Part shown: one piece after another, positions 53,452-64,000 of the stretch
Position numbering within the stretch: position 1 is the stretch's first letter
Layout of the letters: every line of letters starts with the position of its first letter
NCBI GenBank assembly: GCA_965224085.1
Contig: CBDCYI010000004.1
Location: forward strand, 1,792,001-1,856,000
Length of the DNA stretch: 64,000 bases
Reading direction: 5' to 3'
Source of the DNA: Candidatus Marinacidobacterales bacterium
GTDB taxonomy: Bacteria; Acidobacteriota; Vicinamibacteria; Marinacidobacterales; SMYC01
Position numbers and translations under genes: made by a program
The notes under the pieces: model-generated
The model's database searches: none
The model's input: the letters and a program-made list of their open reading frames with translations, nothing else
What the model was told of the DNA's origin: nothing

Positions 53452-54538
53452 GGCGTTGTTGCACCGCTCTTGGCTGAGCGCGAAATCTACCTATGGTGGT
53501 GGCCGAGGTAATGTTCGACCATGAAGTATCCCAAGCGCAGCCAGTACAAACACGCGAAGCAGAAGAAGTACCACGTTTCCAACTGGGCGGAATACAACGA
53601 AGGGCTGCGCCGCCGGGGCGATTTGATGGTCTGGTTTGACGAGGAGGCAATCGCGAACTGGAAGGCCGACAAGAGCGGTAAGCCTGGCGGTCAACGGGTC
53701 TATTCAGAGATGGCGATTGAAACGGGCCTGGTTGTCCGGATGGTGTACAAGCTTGCCTACCGCCAAACCGAAGGCTTCTTGCACTCGATCGCCTCGCTTC
53801 TCGGGCTCGGTATCGAGATCCCGGACTACTCGACGTTGTGTCGGCGGTCGAGGCTGCTCCGCAAGAAGCTGCGGATTGGGAAAGCCGCAAGCAATCAACC
53901 AATCCACCTGATGATCGATAGCACGGGCTTGAGGATTCATGTTGGAACCACCCGCAAACCGCCAAAGCAGCGCGCCTGGCGCAAGTTGCACATCGCCGTT
54001 GATCGCAAGACCGGCAACATTGTTGCGTCCGAACTGACGGCGTCACGAGCTCGCGACGCAACGCGAGTCCCCCCTTTGCTAACACAGATTCAAGCACCTA
54101 TAGCGTCGGTGGCGGCGGACAGTGCATACGACAAGGAAGCGGTCTACGAAGCCATCGAAGCGCACAGCCCTGGACGAAGGACGCGCGTGGTGATTCCGCC
54201 GCAACGAAACGCCACGCTCAGTCAGAATTCGAACACCGCCATGCGGGAACGCGACCGCCATATTCGTGCCATCGAAAGACACGGCCGACGTGAATGGTAC
54301 AAGCTCTCAGGCTGCACCGAGCGAAGCATGGTGGAGAACGCGGTCTATCGTTACAAGGCGATCATGAGGCCCGAGATGCGGGCTCGAACGTTGGCGAGGC
54401 AACGAGTTGAACACCGAATTGGGTGCGAGATACTCAACAAGATGACCGCGCTCGGTATGCCCGATACTTACTGCGCCGGGTGACTCTCCGACCGGCACAG
54501 GGAGGTCAGCGATTTGCTCCGGGCCGTGCAACAACGCC
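53452..54538 (+). mobile_element. IS5-family (IS903-like) element, second type
   Basis: IRs GGCGTTGTTGCAC / GTGCAACAACGCC; no target duplication. Confidence 0.88.
53521..54483 (+). CDS. IS5-family transposase
   Basis: NWAEYNEGLRRRG, PDYSTLCRR, IDSTGL, WRKLH, ADSAYD, RSMVENAVYRYK. Confidence 0.9.
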   Translation: MKYPKRSQYKHAKQKKYHVSNWAEYNEGLRRRGDLMVWFDEEAIANWKADKSGKPGGQRVYSEMAIETGLVVRMVYKLAYRQTEGFLHSIASLLGLGIEIPDYSTLCRRSRLLRKKLRIGKAASNQPIHLMIDSTGLRIHVGTTRKPPKQRAWRKLHIAVDRKTGNIVASELTASRARDATRVPPLLTQIQAPIASVAADSAYDKEAVYEAIEAHSPGRRTRVVIPPQRNATLSQNSNTAMRERDRHIRAIERHGRREWYKLSGCTERSMVENAVYRYKAIMRPEMRARTLARQRVEHRIGCEILNKMTALGMPDTYCAG

Positions 54539-55199
54539 CCCGGCACGCGCTCTTGCCGATACTTTCGCTCGAAGCCGAAGAGGCCTATTACGACCTCGTA
54601 CGGGTCGAAGCGGTGAGTCATCTGCCCGAAGACGCTTCGGTGTCGCTTCTACGAGATTCTATCCTCCAGCGAACGGAGCGCGCTAGACGGAACGCCCATC
54701 AGATTCTCCGCGCGGCGTTCATGGGCGAGCCCGGAATGCGCCTCATCTTGAGCAATTTGAACCACCCGGATCGCTATGTACGCTCGAGCGCCATCGAGGC
54801 GCTCGAAGTTCGAGTGGATCCGTCCGCGCTCGGGGGCATTCTGCCGCTGTTCGAGCACGAAAACGCCCGCGTCATCGCCGAGCATGGCGGCTCGCAATTC
54901 GAGCTTCCAATGCGCAGCCGGCGTGAAGTGCTCGCCGAGCTGACGCGCCACCGCTCCCCTGGGTACGCGCCTGCGCCATCTATGTCGTGGGACGGGCGGG
55001 AGACACCAATGATTTAGAGCCGCTCGAAGAGCGCCTCGACGATCCGTATCAGCTCGCGCGGCTCAACGCCATCGAGGCTATCGGCCGCCTAGGCAACCAA
55101 GAAAGCCTGCAACGGCTCGAAACCTTGAGATCCGAGAGCGCGGGAACCGTCAAAATCTATGCGGACGCCGCGATGGACGAAATCCGCGCCCGAATCTAG
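54539..55199 (+). pseudogene. HEAT-repeat protein C-terminal fragment, frameshifted
   Basis: LNHPDRYVRSSAIEALE and LDDPYQLARLNAIEAIGRLG in two frames; 5' part missing at the IS end. Confidence 0.7.
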
Positions 55200-55207
55200 A
55201 TCAGCAT

Positions 55208-55960
55208 TCACGGAGTATCCCGAGAAAGTTGCGACGCCACCGCATGCGTGGCCTTCGCAACTTTCTCGGGATCTCCCAGATAGTAATGCTGGACGGGTTT
55301 CAGATCGTCCTCGAGCTCGTAGACGAGTGGGATACCGGTGGGGATGTTCAGGGCGACAATCTCCTCTTCCGATACGTTGTCGAGATATTTCACGAGGGCC
55401 CTCAAGCTATTCCCGTGGGCCGCAATCAGGATTTGCTTCCCCGCCGCGATATCGGGGGCGATCGTGTCGTTCCAATAAGGCAGGAAGCGGTCGACCGTGT
55501 CTTTCAAGCACTCACCTAGCGGTAATGCGCTCTCTGACAGGCCCGCGTAACGGCGATCGTTGCCGGGGAAGCGATCGTCGTCGCGCTTTATGGCTGGCGG
55601 TTTTCTCGCATAGCTGCGGCGCCAAATTCTGACTTGATCCATTCCGTGCTTTTCTGCGGTCTCGGCTTTGTTGAGACCCTGGAGCGCTCCGTAGTGACGC
55701 TCGTTCAACCGCCAGTTGCGTCGCACCGGGATCCACATGAGATCCATCTCGTCGAGCGCGAGCCAGAGCGTTCGAATGGCGCGCTTGAGAACCGACGTAT
55801 AAGCGATGTCGAATCTATAGCCTTCTTGCTTCAGGACACGTCCTGCCTCGATAGCTTCGGCGATACCCTGCTCGGTCAAATCGACGTCCGTCCACCCGGT
55901 GAACCGGTTCTCTTGGTTCCACACGCTCTGGCCGTGACGAAGAAGAACGAGCTTTTTCAT
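55208..55960 (-). CDS. gpmA: 2,3-bisphosphoglycerate-dependent phosphoglycerate mutase
   Basis: [36 protein letters not shown]. Confidence 0.97.
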   Translation of the reverse strand: MKKLVLLRHGQSVWNQENRFTGWTDVDLTEQGIAEAIEAGRVLKQEGYRFDIAYTSVLKRAIRTLWLALDEMDLMWIPVRRNWRLNERHYGALQGLNKAETAEKHGMDQVRIWRRSYARKPPAIKRDDDRFPGNDRRYAGLSESALPLGECLKDTVDRFLPYWNDTIAPDIAAGKQILIAAHGNSLRALVKYLDNVSEEEIVALNIPTGIPLVYELEDDLKPVQHYYLGDPEKVAKATHAVASQLSRDTP

Positions 55961-56095
55961 CTAAATCGGCAGCTTTTGGTAACTAGATCGCTCTTGCAAA
56001 ATCGCTACATCGGAGACTGGCACTCATGTGGCCTCCGGTCGAACGTTTGTCGGTCGTCCGGAAAGGCAACCCCATCGCTCTTCTTCGGTGGTCAG

Positions 56096-57700
56096 TCAAG
56101 CTGTGGCAGGGGCCGCGGCGCGGACCTCTTCGGAGACGTCGTCGCGGAAGGTCTCGAAGTTCTTATCGAACATCCCGGCGAGCTTGCGCGCTTGGCGATC
56201 GTAAGCTTGCCCATCCGCCCACGTGCCTCGCGGGTCGAGCACTTCGGATGGAACGTTTGGACAGGAGCGCGGCACATGGACGCCGAAAATCGGATGCTCC
56301 GCCGTCTCGACTTCGTCGAGGGCTCCGCTCAACGCCGCTCGCACCATGGCGCGGGTGTGACTTAGTTTCATCCGCTCGCCTTCGCCGTAAGCCCCGCCGG
56401 TCCAACCCGTGTTGACGAGCCAGACGCTCACGGCGTTCCTCTCGATGTTCTCGCCGAGCATTTTGGCGTAGACCGCCGGCTTGCGCGACATGAACGGCGC
56501 GCCGAAACACGCGCTGAAGGTCGCCTGCGGCTCGGTCACCCCGCGCTCGGTTCCAGCCACTTTGGCCGTGTAGCCCGAGAGGAAGTGATACATCGCCTGC
56601 CCGGGCGTGAGCTTCGCGATCGGCGGCAGGACGCCGAAAGCGTCAGCAGTGAGCATCAAGACTTGTTTGGGCGGTCCGCCCGAGCCAGACCGAGCGGTGT
56701 TCGGGATATGGCTAATCGGGTAGGACGCGCGCGTATTCTCAGTAAAGACGTCGCTGTCGAGGTCGAGCCGCCGGGACGTCGAATCGATGACGACGTTCTC
56801 GAGGATCGTACCGAACATGCGCGTCGTCTCGTAAATCTCGGGCTCGCCTACCTGGGAGAGTCTGATGACCTTCGCATAGCAGCCGCCCTCGAAGTTGAAA
56901 ACGCCCTTATCACTCCATCCATGCTCGTCGTCACCAATCAAGGTCCGTTCCGGATCGGCGGAGAGCGTCGTCTTGCCGGTACCCGAAAGTCCAAAGAAAA
57001 TCGCGAGATCGTTCTCGTCCGCGCCGTAATTCGCCGAGCAGTGCATCGGGAGCACGTTTTTCGGCGGCAGCAGATAGGTCATGACGGTCAGGATAGATTT
57101 CTTGATCTCTCCGGCGTAATCGGTGCCGCCGATGATCACTTCGCGGCTCTTGAAGCTCAAAACGACGAACACTTCCGAGCGCGTCCCGTCTTGCTCGGGA
57201 ACGGCGTGGAAAAGCGGCGCGTCGATCACGGTGAACTCGGGGACGTGATTCGCGAGCTTCGCGGGATGGTGCTCGCGGATGAACATGTTGCGGGCGAAAA
57301 GATTGTGCCACGCACGCGTGTTCACGACGCGGATCGGGATCTGATAGTCCGGGTGGGCGCCGGCGTAGCAATCCTGGACGAAGAGGTCCCGGCCCTGGAG
57401 GTAGGCCGTCAGGCGCGCTTTGAGCCTCTCGAAGTTCTCGGGCTCGAACGGCTTGGCCGCATCCCACCAAATCTCTTTCTCGCTTCCGGGCTCGCGTACG
57501 ATGTATTTGTCGTTGGGCGAGCGGCCCGTGTACTGACCCGTTTGAACCACGAGCGGGCCGCGATGGGCGACGAGACCCTCGCGTCTCTGGACGGCGTGCT
57601 CGTAGAGCGCCGGAGTCGAAAGGTTCCACCAAACTGCATTCGCATTGACGATTCCGTGATTCTCGAGACTATGATGGCTCCGGGATTCTCCGTATTTCAT
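56096..57700 (-). CDS. pckA: Phosphoenolpyruvate carboxykinase (ATP)
   Basis: [50 protein letters not shown]. Confidence 0.97.
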   Translation of the reverse strand: MKYGESRSHHSLENHGIVNANAVWWNLSTPALYEHAVQRREGLVAHRGPLVVQTGQYTGRSPNDKYIVREPGSEKEIWWDAAKPFEPENFERLKARLTAYLQGRDLFVQDCYAGAHPDYQIPIRVVNTRAWHNLFARNMFIREHHPAKLANHVPEFTVIDAPLFHAVPEQDGTRSEVFVVLSFKSREVIIGGTDYAGEIKKSILTVMTYLLPPKNVLPMHCSANYGADENDLAIFFGLSGTGKTTLSADPERTLIGDDEHGWSDKGVFNFEGGCYAKVIRLSQVGEPEIYETTRMFGTILENVVIDSTSRRLDLDSDVFTENTRASYPISHIPNTARSGSGGPPKQVLMLTADAFGVLPPIAKLTPGQAMYHFLSGYTAKVAGTERGVTEPQATFSACFGAPFMSRKPAVYAKMLGENIERNAVSVWLVNTGWTGGAYGEGERMKLSHTRAMVRAALSGALDEVETAEHPIFGVHVPRSCPNVPSEVLDPRGTWADGQAYDRQARKLAGMFDKNFETFRDDVSEEVRAAAPATA

Positions 57701-57898
57701 ATTGGTGATTCTCCCTCGATTTCGATGCTCGTTCGCAGGCACTAGAGGCCAACGAAAACCGCCAGAACGTGACAATCTACACTAGATCCGAGACCAGCAC
57801 CAAGCATATCGGCACAGAGTTCGCCAAGAATAGTGAATCCCTTGTGGCTGACGCCGCAGAGTATCGAGTACGAGCGGGATTCTCCCCGCAGACCGCGC

Positions 57899-59560
57899 TC
57901 AACGCATCGGGAAAGCGAACATCTCCGGGTTCTCGCGTTCGATACCGACGAGCTCGTAACGGGAACCGTTCTTGCGGAGGTAGACGGAAACGGCAGTGTT
58001 CCAGTAAAGATTCTCGTCGTTGAGCGAATGGATCTCGGCGCGGAGAAATTCGCTTCCGCTCTCTGGAAGCTCGAGTCTCGGCTCACGCGATGTGACTGGC
58101 TCGCTCAATCGTTGATGCTCACCGAAACGGTTGTCGAAGCTAGACCACGACATCTGATACCGCGTCTCCGCGTCGACGAAACCATATTGCTCGGACAAGT
58201 TGGTGAAGTCGAGCCAGCCCCCTTCGATGCGGAACTCGGCAATCGGGTTCATCACGTTGATGCCGAAGCGGCCGCATTTTTGCTGGCGCTCGACCAGCAC
58301 ATCCACGAGATAGGGACCATGGTCTGGATTGCTGAACGCTCCCGTTTCGACAATGGCTTCTAGCTCTACGCGGGTGAAGCGCATGAGGATCTTGGCCGCC
58401 CAGAACGCGTCGCGCGCGGTCATGCGCATGAAAGCCGGGTTCGGGTAGTCGTTGCGCCAAGCCACGCAATCGAAGAGCTCGCTCTCGATTCGCCCGATCG
58501 CTTCGTATTCCGGATAGGGGGGCCACTTTGCGCGCCGGTATTCCGGCACGCGGAAGCCGAAGCCGAGCATGTTTCGCTTCGCGTCTCGGAAGTCGAGCGT
58601 GTACGTAAAGGTGAGGGGCGCGCCTTGCATGTCGACCGAGCCGCTTCCCAGCGTCGAGCCAAAATCCAGCATGAAGTGTCGAACGTGGTGTTGGCCATTC
58701 TCTTCGACCCAGGCATCCTGCGTGTTCTGCGCGCGGGTGTCGTCGTGATTGAGCCAGGCAGCGAAGAGCCTCAACCCTCGTAGCTCGCGGCGGTCTTCGT
58801 GCGGGATCACGTCGTTCGGATCGTCGCTGCGTGTCTCGTAATAACGGAACGGCCCGATGGGGATTCCGGGGAGATATTTACTAGCCGTCACGCGCATCGT
58901 GCCGTCCGGAAGCAGCGGCACGAGACGGATGGTACGGCGGAAACGAAAATCCGTGAGCGGCATCTTGTCGCCATAGGTGTCCTCGACCTCGGTGCCGGGC
59001 TCGATCACGAAACGCTCGGGGTGGGCGTGCACGATATAGTTCTCCGGAGCGTGATAGCCGAGCGCGTAGAAGATCTTTGTCGCGATCGTTTCCGCCGCGG
59101 AGGCGATCTCCGGGATCTCGATGGGATCGAGCTTGATCACGTAGCGCTCGTCCTGCTCGTCGTAAATTTGAAAGCCAGGGGTGAGACCCTGACTCTTGCT
59201 CCGGAACACCGTCCACGTTTCTTCCGGATCGGGACCGGACCCGCGATTGGAACCGCGTACGAGCTCTTCGATGCTCATGCGCTCGAACCCGTGCCGGTTC
59301 GTGAACCAGCTGCTATTCGGCACTTCGTCGAGCGTGTTGACGTTCGTCGCCTCGCTTCCGATGGGAGAGGCTCCAAAGTCGTGAAACATGTGGCCGAAGC
59401 GGTCATACATGTCGGACAGGTCGATCTCTTCTGGCTTTTCGGGAACGTCGAGCTTGTCGTTGTCCGCGAAGAGAGGATCGTACGGATAAAACTTCTGCGC
59501 TTTGAGCGACGAGCTCAAGAAACTCATGACCATCAACGAGAACAAGATTCGTCGATGCAT
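57899..59560 (-). CDS. Secreted hypothetical protein with atypical (HipA/PI3K-like) kinase motifs
   Basis: Signal peptide; KSQGLTPGF..YVIKLD..AETIA, WLNHDDTRAQN, MLDFGSTLG. Confidence 0.75.
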   Translation of the reverse strand: MHRRILFSLMVMSFLSSSLKAQKFYPYDPLFADNDKLDVPEKPEEIDLSDMYDRFGHMFHDFGASPIGSEATNVNTLDEVPNSSWFTNRHGFERMSIEELVRGSNRGSGPDPEETWTVFRSKSQGLTPGFQIYDEQDERYVIKLDPIEIPEIASAAETIATKIFYALGYHAPENYIVHAHPERFVIEPGTEVEDTYGDKMPLTDFRFRRTIRLVPLLPDGTMRVTASKYLPGIPIGPFRYYETRSDDPNDVIPHEDRRELRGLRLFAAWLNHDDTRAQNTQDAWVEENGQHHVRHFMLDFGSTLGSGSVDMQGAPLTFTYTLDFRDAKRNMLGFGFRVPEYRRAKWPPYPEYEAIGRIESELFDCVAWRNDYPNPAFMRMTARDAFWAAKILMRFTRVELEAIVETGAFSNPDHGPYLVDVLVERQQKCGRFGINVMNPIAEFRIEGGWLDFTNLSEQYGFVDAETRYQMSWSSFDNRFGEHQRLSEPVTSREPRLELPESGSEFLRAEIHSLNDENLYWNTAVSVYLRKNGSRYELVGIERENPEMFAFPMR

Positions 59561-59564
59561 GGGT

Positions 59565-60802
59565 CTAGAACGCGGGTCCAGCACTGATGTGAAACTTGAA
59601 GCCTTCGGTGCTGTTCGCGAAATCCATCCGAAGGGTAATGCCGCCCGGCGCGTGGGTGCGGATACCAAAACCGTAGCCGGTATGCATGCGATCGAAATTG
59701 AAATCGCTCTTATCGGCGAACACTTTCCCCGCATCGAGAAAGACCGTAAAGTCCACAAAAGGCATGACCTCCCACCTATACTCCGCCGCGACATAAAGAT
59801 TGCGCGTATCCCGAAAACGCCATTCACGAAAGCCCCGGACGGTCGTGGCGCCGCCAAGCGTCTCCATCAAGTAGAACGGAACTTCTTTTCCGCTATCGGC
59901 TATGGAGTGCGAAGTGTAGAAGCGCAGCGCCAGGACGCGGCTTCTGGGTCCGAGGGGGATATAGCCTTTGACATCCGCTATGACCCGCGTGAAGTCGTGT
60001 TGGCTCAAATCGGTATCCTCGTAGCGCTCACCGGTGACGCGGGCCACGACGCCCACGGCGGGATCCGACCATTTGTCCCGCAGGTCGAACTCAGCCCATC
60101 CGCCAGTGACAAGGAAATCGGTCCGCGGGTTCATGAAGCCGGGCACTCTCCCCGGATCGAAGACGTCTTCGATGGAACTCTCCGCGTCGCCCGAATCGGT
60201 CCTCGCCGAGAGCCATCCGCCTTGAGCGCCGAGAGAGAGAAGCCCGCGAGGGTTGAGCCAGAAATAACCCATCGCCCTCTGGTCGTTGAGCAGATAAGTC
60301 GAGCGATCTTCGACCCTCGAGTCGTTCCCGAGGCCGTAGAAGCGCAGCGACGTCAAGTCACGATACTCGCCTCGGAATTTAACCTCGACGCGCCGGCCGA
60401 TTTGCGGAGGCGGGAAGACGACTTCCGCGTCCGCGGTCGTGTAGCCGCGGGTCGAGTAACGGCCGTTGGCCTGGAACTGAACGTATTGGGACTCGAGGCC
60501 GTGGATATAGCCGCCGCCGAGCGCGAAGCCCGAGCCCGAGGGCATACCGCCGAAGACTGGACGAAAGCCATGCCAGCCTTTGACGAGCCAATTTTGTGGG
60601 AACTTCGCTTTCTCCCAATTCCGAGCGCGTTTCTCGGCGCCCGAAACTTCATAGGGCTCGAGATTTGCCGCTTTCTCGCGCCTCTGCTTTTCAGGATTTC
60701 CTGACGGCTCACAGGCTGTGGTTCTTGTTCTTCCTCCTCCTGAGCCAACGCGACGATGGACGACGCCGTCAAAAAGAACGTCATCATGACAAGACGCATC
60801 AA
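59565..60802 (-). CDS. Omp85 (BamA/TamA-family) beta-barrel without POTRA domains; frameshift near 60690
   Basis: TLGG..TVRGFREWRFRD lid motif, AEYRW, FLDAGKV, terminal Phe; signal peptide is in the alternate frame (ORF 60353..60802). Confidence 0.8.
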
Positions 60803-60864
60803 GGTTTCTTCCTTTCAACTTCAACAGATATTAGCGCGACGATCCACGCAAAGGAATCGAGACG

Positions 60865-63046
60865 TCAGTGTCTTCGGCGGCGCGTCCCGCTTCGAGCGCC
60901 TCCGCCCGCTCGCCAGTTCTGATAGCCCTGAGCGCGCGCCGCACCGGTCGCGCGTCCTTGGAAGTCGCGGTTCAATTGGTTCATCGTGCTCCTGTCGACG
61001 TTGCGGTTCGCGGGCGCTTGGCGTTGTCGCTCCGCCTGCGACCAGGATCCGTTGTCGTATTTCTGCCAGCCACCTTCCGAGCGGCGATAGACATTGCCGT
61101 CTTTGCCGGCATAGACATTGCCTTGATTGCGAACGATCGCACCGGAGTTTCCCGAGGACGTTTGATAGCCGGCGATACCGCGGCTCGGCGTCGCAGCCCG
61201 CGCCGTTCTCGCCCAGTCGTCGCCCTGGCGTACGGCCGAGCTTCCCCAGCGGGCGTATGGGCTTGCTCCTTGGCGTGTTTGTGCATAGGTCCCGGTGCGG
61301 GGATTGTAGGCCTCGGCGAATCCGCGCGCTTGATAGGGCCCCCAAGCCGAGGCGCCGCGGGCATAACTCCCCGTCCTCGGGTTATAGGCCGCGCTCCGGC
61401 CCATACCGCCATAAGGGCCATAGGCGCGCGCCGCCCGACCATAAGTTCCAGTATACGGGTTGTAGAAGGCGGCGACGCCATAGGTGTGCGGGTACGGATA
61501 GTAAATCGGATAGATACCTCCGCCGTAATAATAAGGTGGGTAGTAAAAGCCGGTCCCGAAAGCGACCGAGCCCCAAGAGTAATAAACGCCGACATACCCC
61601 GCTGTATAGCCGAAGGTTACATGGGTAGAGGTCTGGTCGTAGACACTGACATAGCTCGTGTGATGGACGGGTGAGCTCGGCGGGATCGTTTGGACCTCGT
61701 CGGGGATCTCGTCCGCCACTACCCATCCCCCGGACGGCGAGGTCGAGACGAACCAAACACCTTCGAAACACAAATAGTAACGTTCGTCGATGCGCAGCAC
61801 GTCGCGTCCCGTATTGACCGCATGGGCCATCGTCGTGCTCGTCGTAGTATTGATGGGCTCGAACTGAGGCTCGCCCTGATACGACACGACCGGGGGTGTT
61901 ACCGCGTCTCGCGCCACAATTGCCTTCTGAGGGATCTGGGCGAGCAAGATCGCTTCGTCCGCCTGAGGCGTGCCTGGCACGGAAGGTAGGACACGGGCGC
62001 GGGGGTGGCTTTCGGGAATGTTCTCGAAATCCTCCGGAAGGTCTTCGGAGGCGAACGTCCAAGCGCCACCGTCGAGCGAAGGCGTTCGGAACCAGCGGCC
62101 CGCGACCAAGTAATAGTAGTGCTCGTCGCCCTGATGGAATAGAAGGTCGCTCTCCGTATTCATCACCCAGAGAATCTCTGTCTCGGGCACCAAGCCCATG
62201 TCGGGCTCGCCATCGATGAGGATCAGCTCGGAGGGCTCCTGGCTCACGTAAACGATGGGCACGTCCGCCGATGCGATGACTCGCCCGGGAACGTTCTCGC
62301 GCACGCTTTTCCAGTTGTCGTCATCGGGCAGCTCGCTGAGCGCTTCGGGGAGCGACGCCGCGGGCGACCACGAGCTCTTCAAGCTCGACGCGCCGAGCCA
62401 GCCGTCTTCGTCGAGCAAGTAGTAGCGGCCATCCGTCGGATCGACGAAAAGATCCCAATTCGTGTTGACGACGAAGCGCAAGTCGAGCTCTCGGACGGGC
62501 GCTTCCACCGGCTCGCCGTCGATCATCACGAGGATCGCGGGGCGCCGGCTGACGAAGATCTTGGGCGGCTCCTTCGAAAGCGCCACCGCGGCGAGCTGCA
62601 CCTCGCCGCGATCGAGATTCGCGAGCACGCGGTCGAGCGAGACGATGACCCCGTCGGCTGGAAAGTGCGATTCGACTTCGGTGCGAAGCTCGATGGACGT
62701 CTTCGACGACCCCGGCGGCAAGGACGGGAAGCTCGCTTTCAAAATCTCGAAACGCGTGATGCGCACCTTCCGGTTGTCGAGGTCGACCTCCGTGTCCGCG
62801 GCAAGCTCGAAGGCTCCGAAGACCGGCGGAGCACTCGCAGACGCAGAGTAGGCCAGAGCGAGCCGCGCCCCCACTCGAGTCTGATCGTCCCAGCTCTCGA
62901 TTTGCGGCTGATAGAGAACGATGCTTCGCGCCGTTATCGCCAGGAAATTCCCGAGGCCAGCTGAGCTCCTGAATCGGCTCGGCAATTTGAGTGGGCTGAG
63001 TGGGCTGTACCGCAAGCAGGACGAGAGGGAAAAAAAGGCGTGTCAT
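60865..63046 (-). CDS. Secreted protein with a WPR..YQPQ..W N-terminal domain and Gly/Tyr/Arg-rich C-terminal repeats; frameshift near 62930
   Basis: Signal peptide and WPRE in ORF 62321..63046; VNTNWDLF repeats and three YNPxTGxY units in ORF 60865..63015. Confidence 0.7.
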
Positions 63047-63250
63047 GAGCTTTCCGATCTCAGCTGCGATTCAATTCTTTTACCCATGTTTCACATCTCC
63101 TTTTTTGCGTAATGGGCGTACTGTGCGCTCGTGTCGTCAGAGTGTGAGGAATCGTCACCGACTCGCAGCGTCGAGCTCCGCGATGAGGCGCTCGAGAGAA
63201 GGGTCGCCGGGACGGAGCTTCAGAAGCCGGCGTCCGTAGCGGCTCGCCTC

Positions 63251-64000
63251 TGCCTTGGTGCACAACTCGCGATCTCGGTCCACAATTGTCCTTTACTCAC
63301 GGATTCGAGGTTCCCCATGAGCATTTTCAAACGCACTCAGCGGAAGTATGTGAAGAAGGCCTATCGCGTGAGGAATTGGCGTGAATATGAGGCGGGTCTA
63401 CGCAACCGTGGGAGCCTGACCGTCTGGATCTCGCTCACCGCCGGCAAGCTTGTGAACTGGGACGCGCCCCGGCCGAGGAGGAGGAAACCGGGCCGTCAAC
63501 GCAAGTAGTCGAACCACGCCATCGAGACGGCTGTCACCCTGGGCATGGTGTTTCATCTGTCATCTAGACAGAGCGAGGGATTGCTGCGATCGTTGTTCGC
63601 TCTGATGAAGCTAGACAATGATGTGCCCGATCACACCACGATCTCGAGGCGCAAGGCGAAGCTGGGTAAGGTCCCCTTCTACCAAGACAAGCAGAAGACG
63701 CCGTTGCACATCTTGATCGACAGCAGCGGTCTCGCTGTCCACGCCGGCCAGCTGCGCAGAGCACCAAATAGCAGGGACTATCGCAAGCTCCATCTGTGTG
63801 TCGACGAGCAGACTGGCGAAGTCGTCGCCGGCGAGCTGACGAGCAAAAGAGCCCGCGATTCATCGCGGGTTGCATCGCTTGTCAGACAGAGCGACAGTCC
63901 CATCTCATCGGCCAGAGCTGACACCGCATACGACGCCAGCGGCGTCTATGAGGCAATCGAGAATCACAGCGCTCATCGCTCGCCGAGGGTGCTGATACCG
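63251..64000 (+). mobile_element. IS5-family element, copy 2 (inverted relative to 42073-43159), transposase with a nonsense codon; runs off the window
   Basis: Same IR TGCCTTGGTGCACAACTC; ATG 63317; TAC->TAG at 63506-63508; otherwise near-identical to copy 1. Confidence 0.92.

Overview
A GC-rich bacterial window. Gene content (DUF4388 and 'MPLTPGTKLGQYEV'-type Ser/Thr kinases, an ADOP-type permease tail, DUF4097, M14/M20 peptidases, a TIGR03960 radical SAM) suggests Acidobacteriota; this is inference. From left to right: a partly collapsed surface-polysaccharide locus (GT4s, asnB, Wza and O-antigen-ligase remnants, YfhO), a sigma54-preceded HEAT/HD-GYP/GGDEF operon, ISAzo13, convergent ATP-grasp and M20 amidohydrolase genes, and a radical SAM, a deaminase and kinases. 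Then comes a ~15 kb patchwork of IS481/IS5/IS1-like elements, a 5'-truncated group II intron and gene fragments. The right part has transport and metabolic genes (SLC13-type permease, USP, FTCD, gpmA, pckA) and a three-gene envelope operon (repeat protein, POTRA-less Omp85, secreted kinase-fold protein). Many accessory genes carry frameshifts, nonsense codons or internal deletions while core enzymes are intact. The most notable unexplained signals are: (1) a dispersed long-palindrome family, one copy of which sits at the centre of a strand-asymmetric synonymous G->A skew in both flanking genes; (2) a ~340-nt highly structured, GGA-rich candidate sRNA with a near-consensus sigma54 promoter; (3) the exported atypical kinase plus Omp85 operon. 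All calls come from manual motif reading; no database searches were run. No rRNA, tRNA or CRISPR array was seen.
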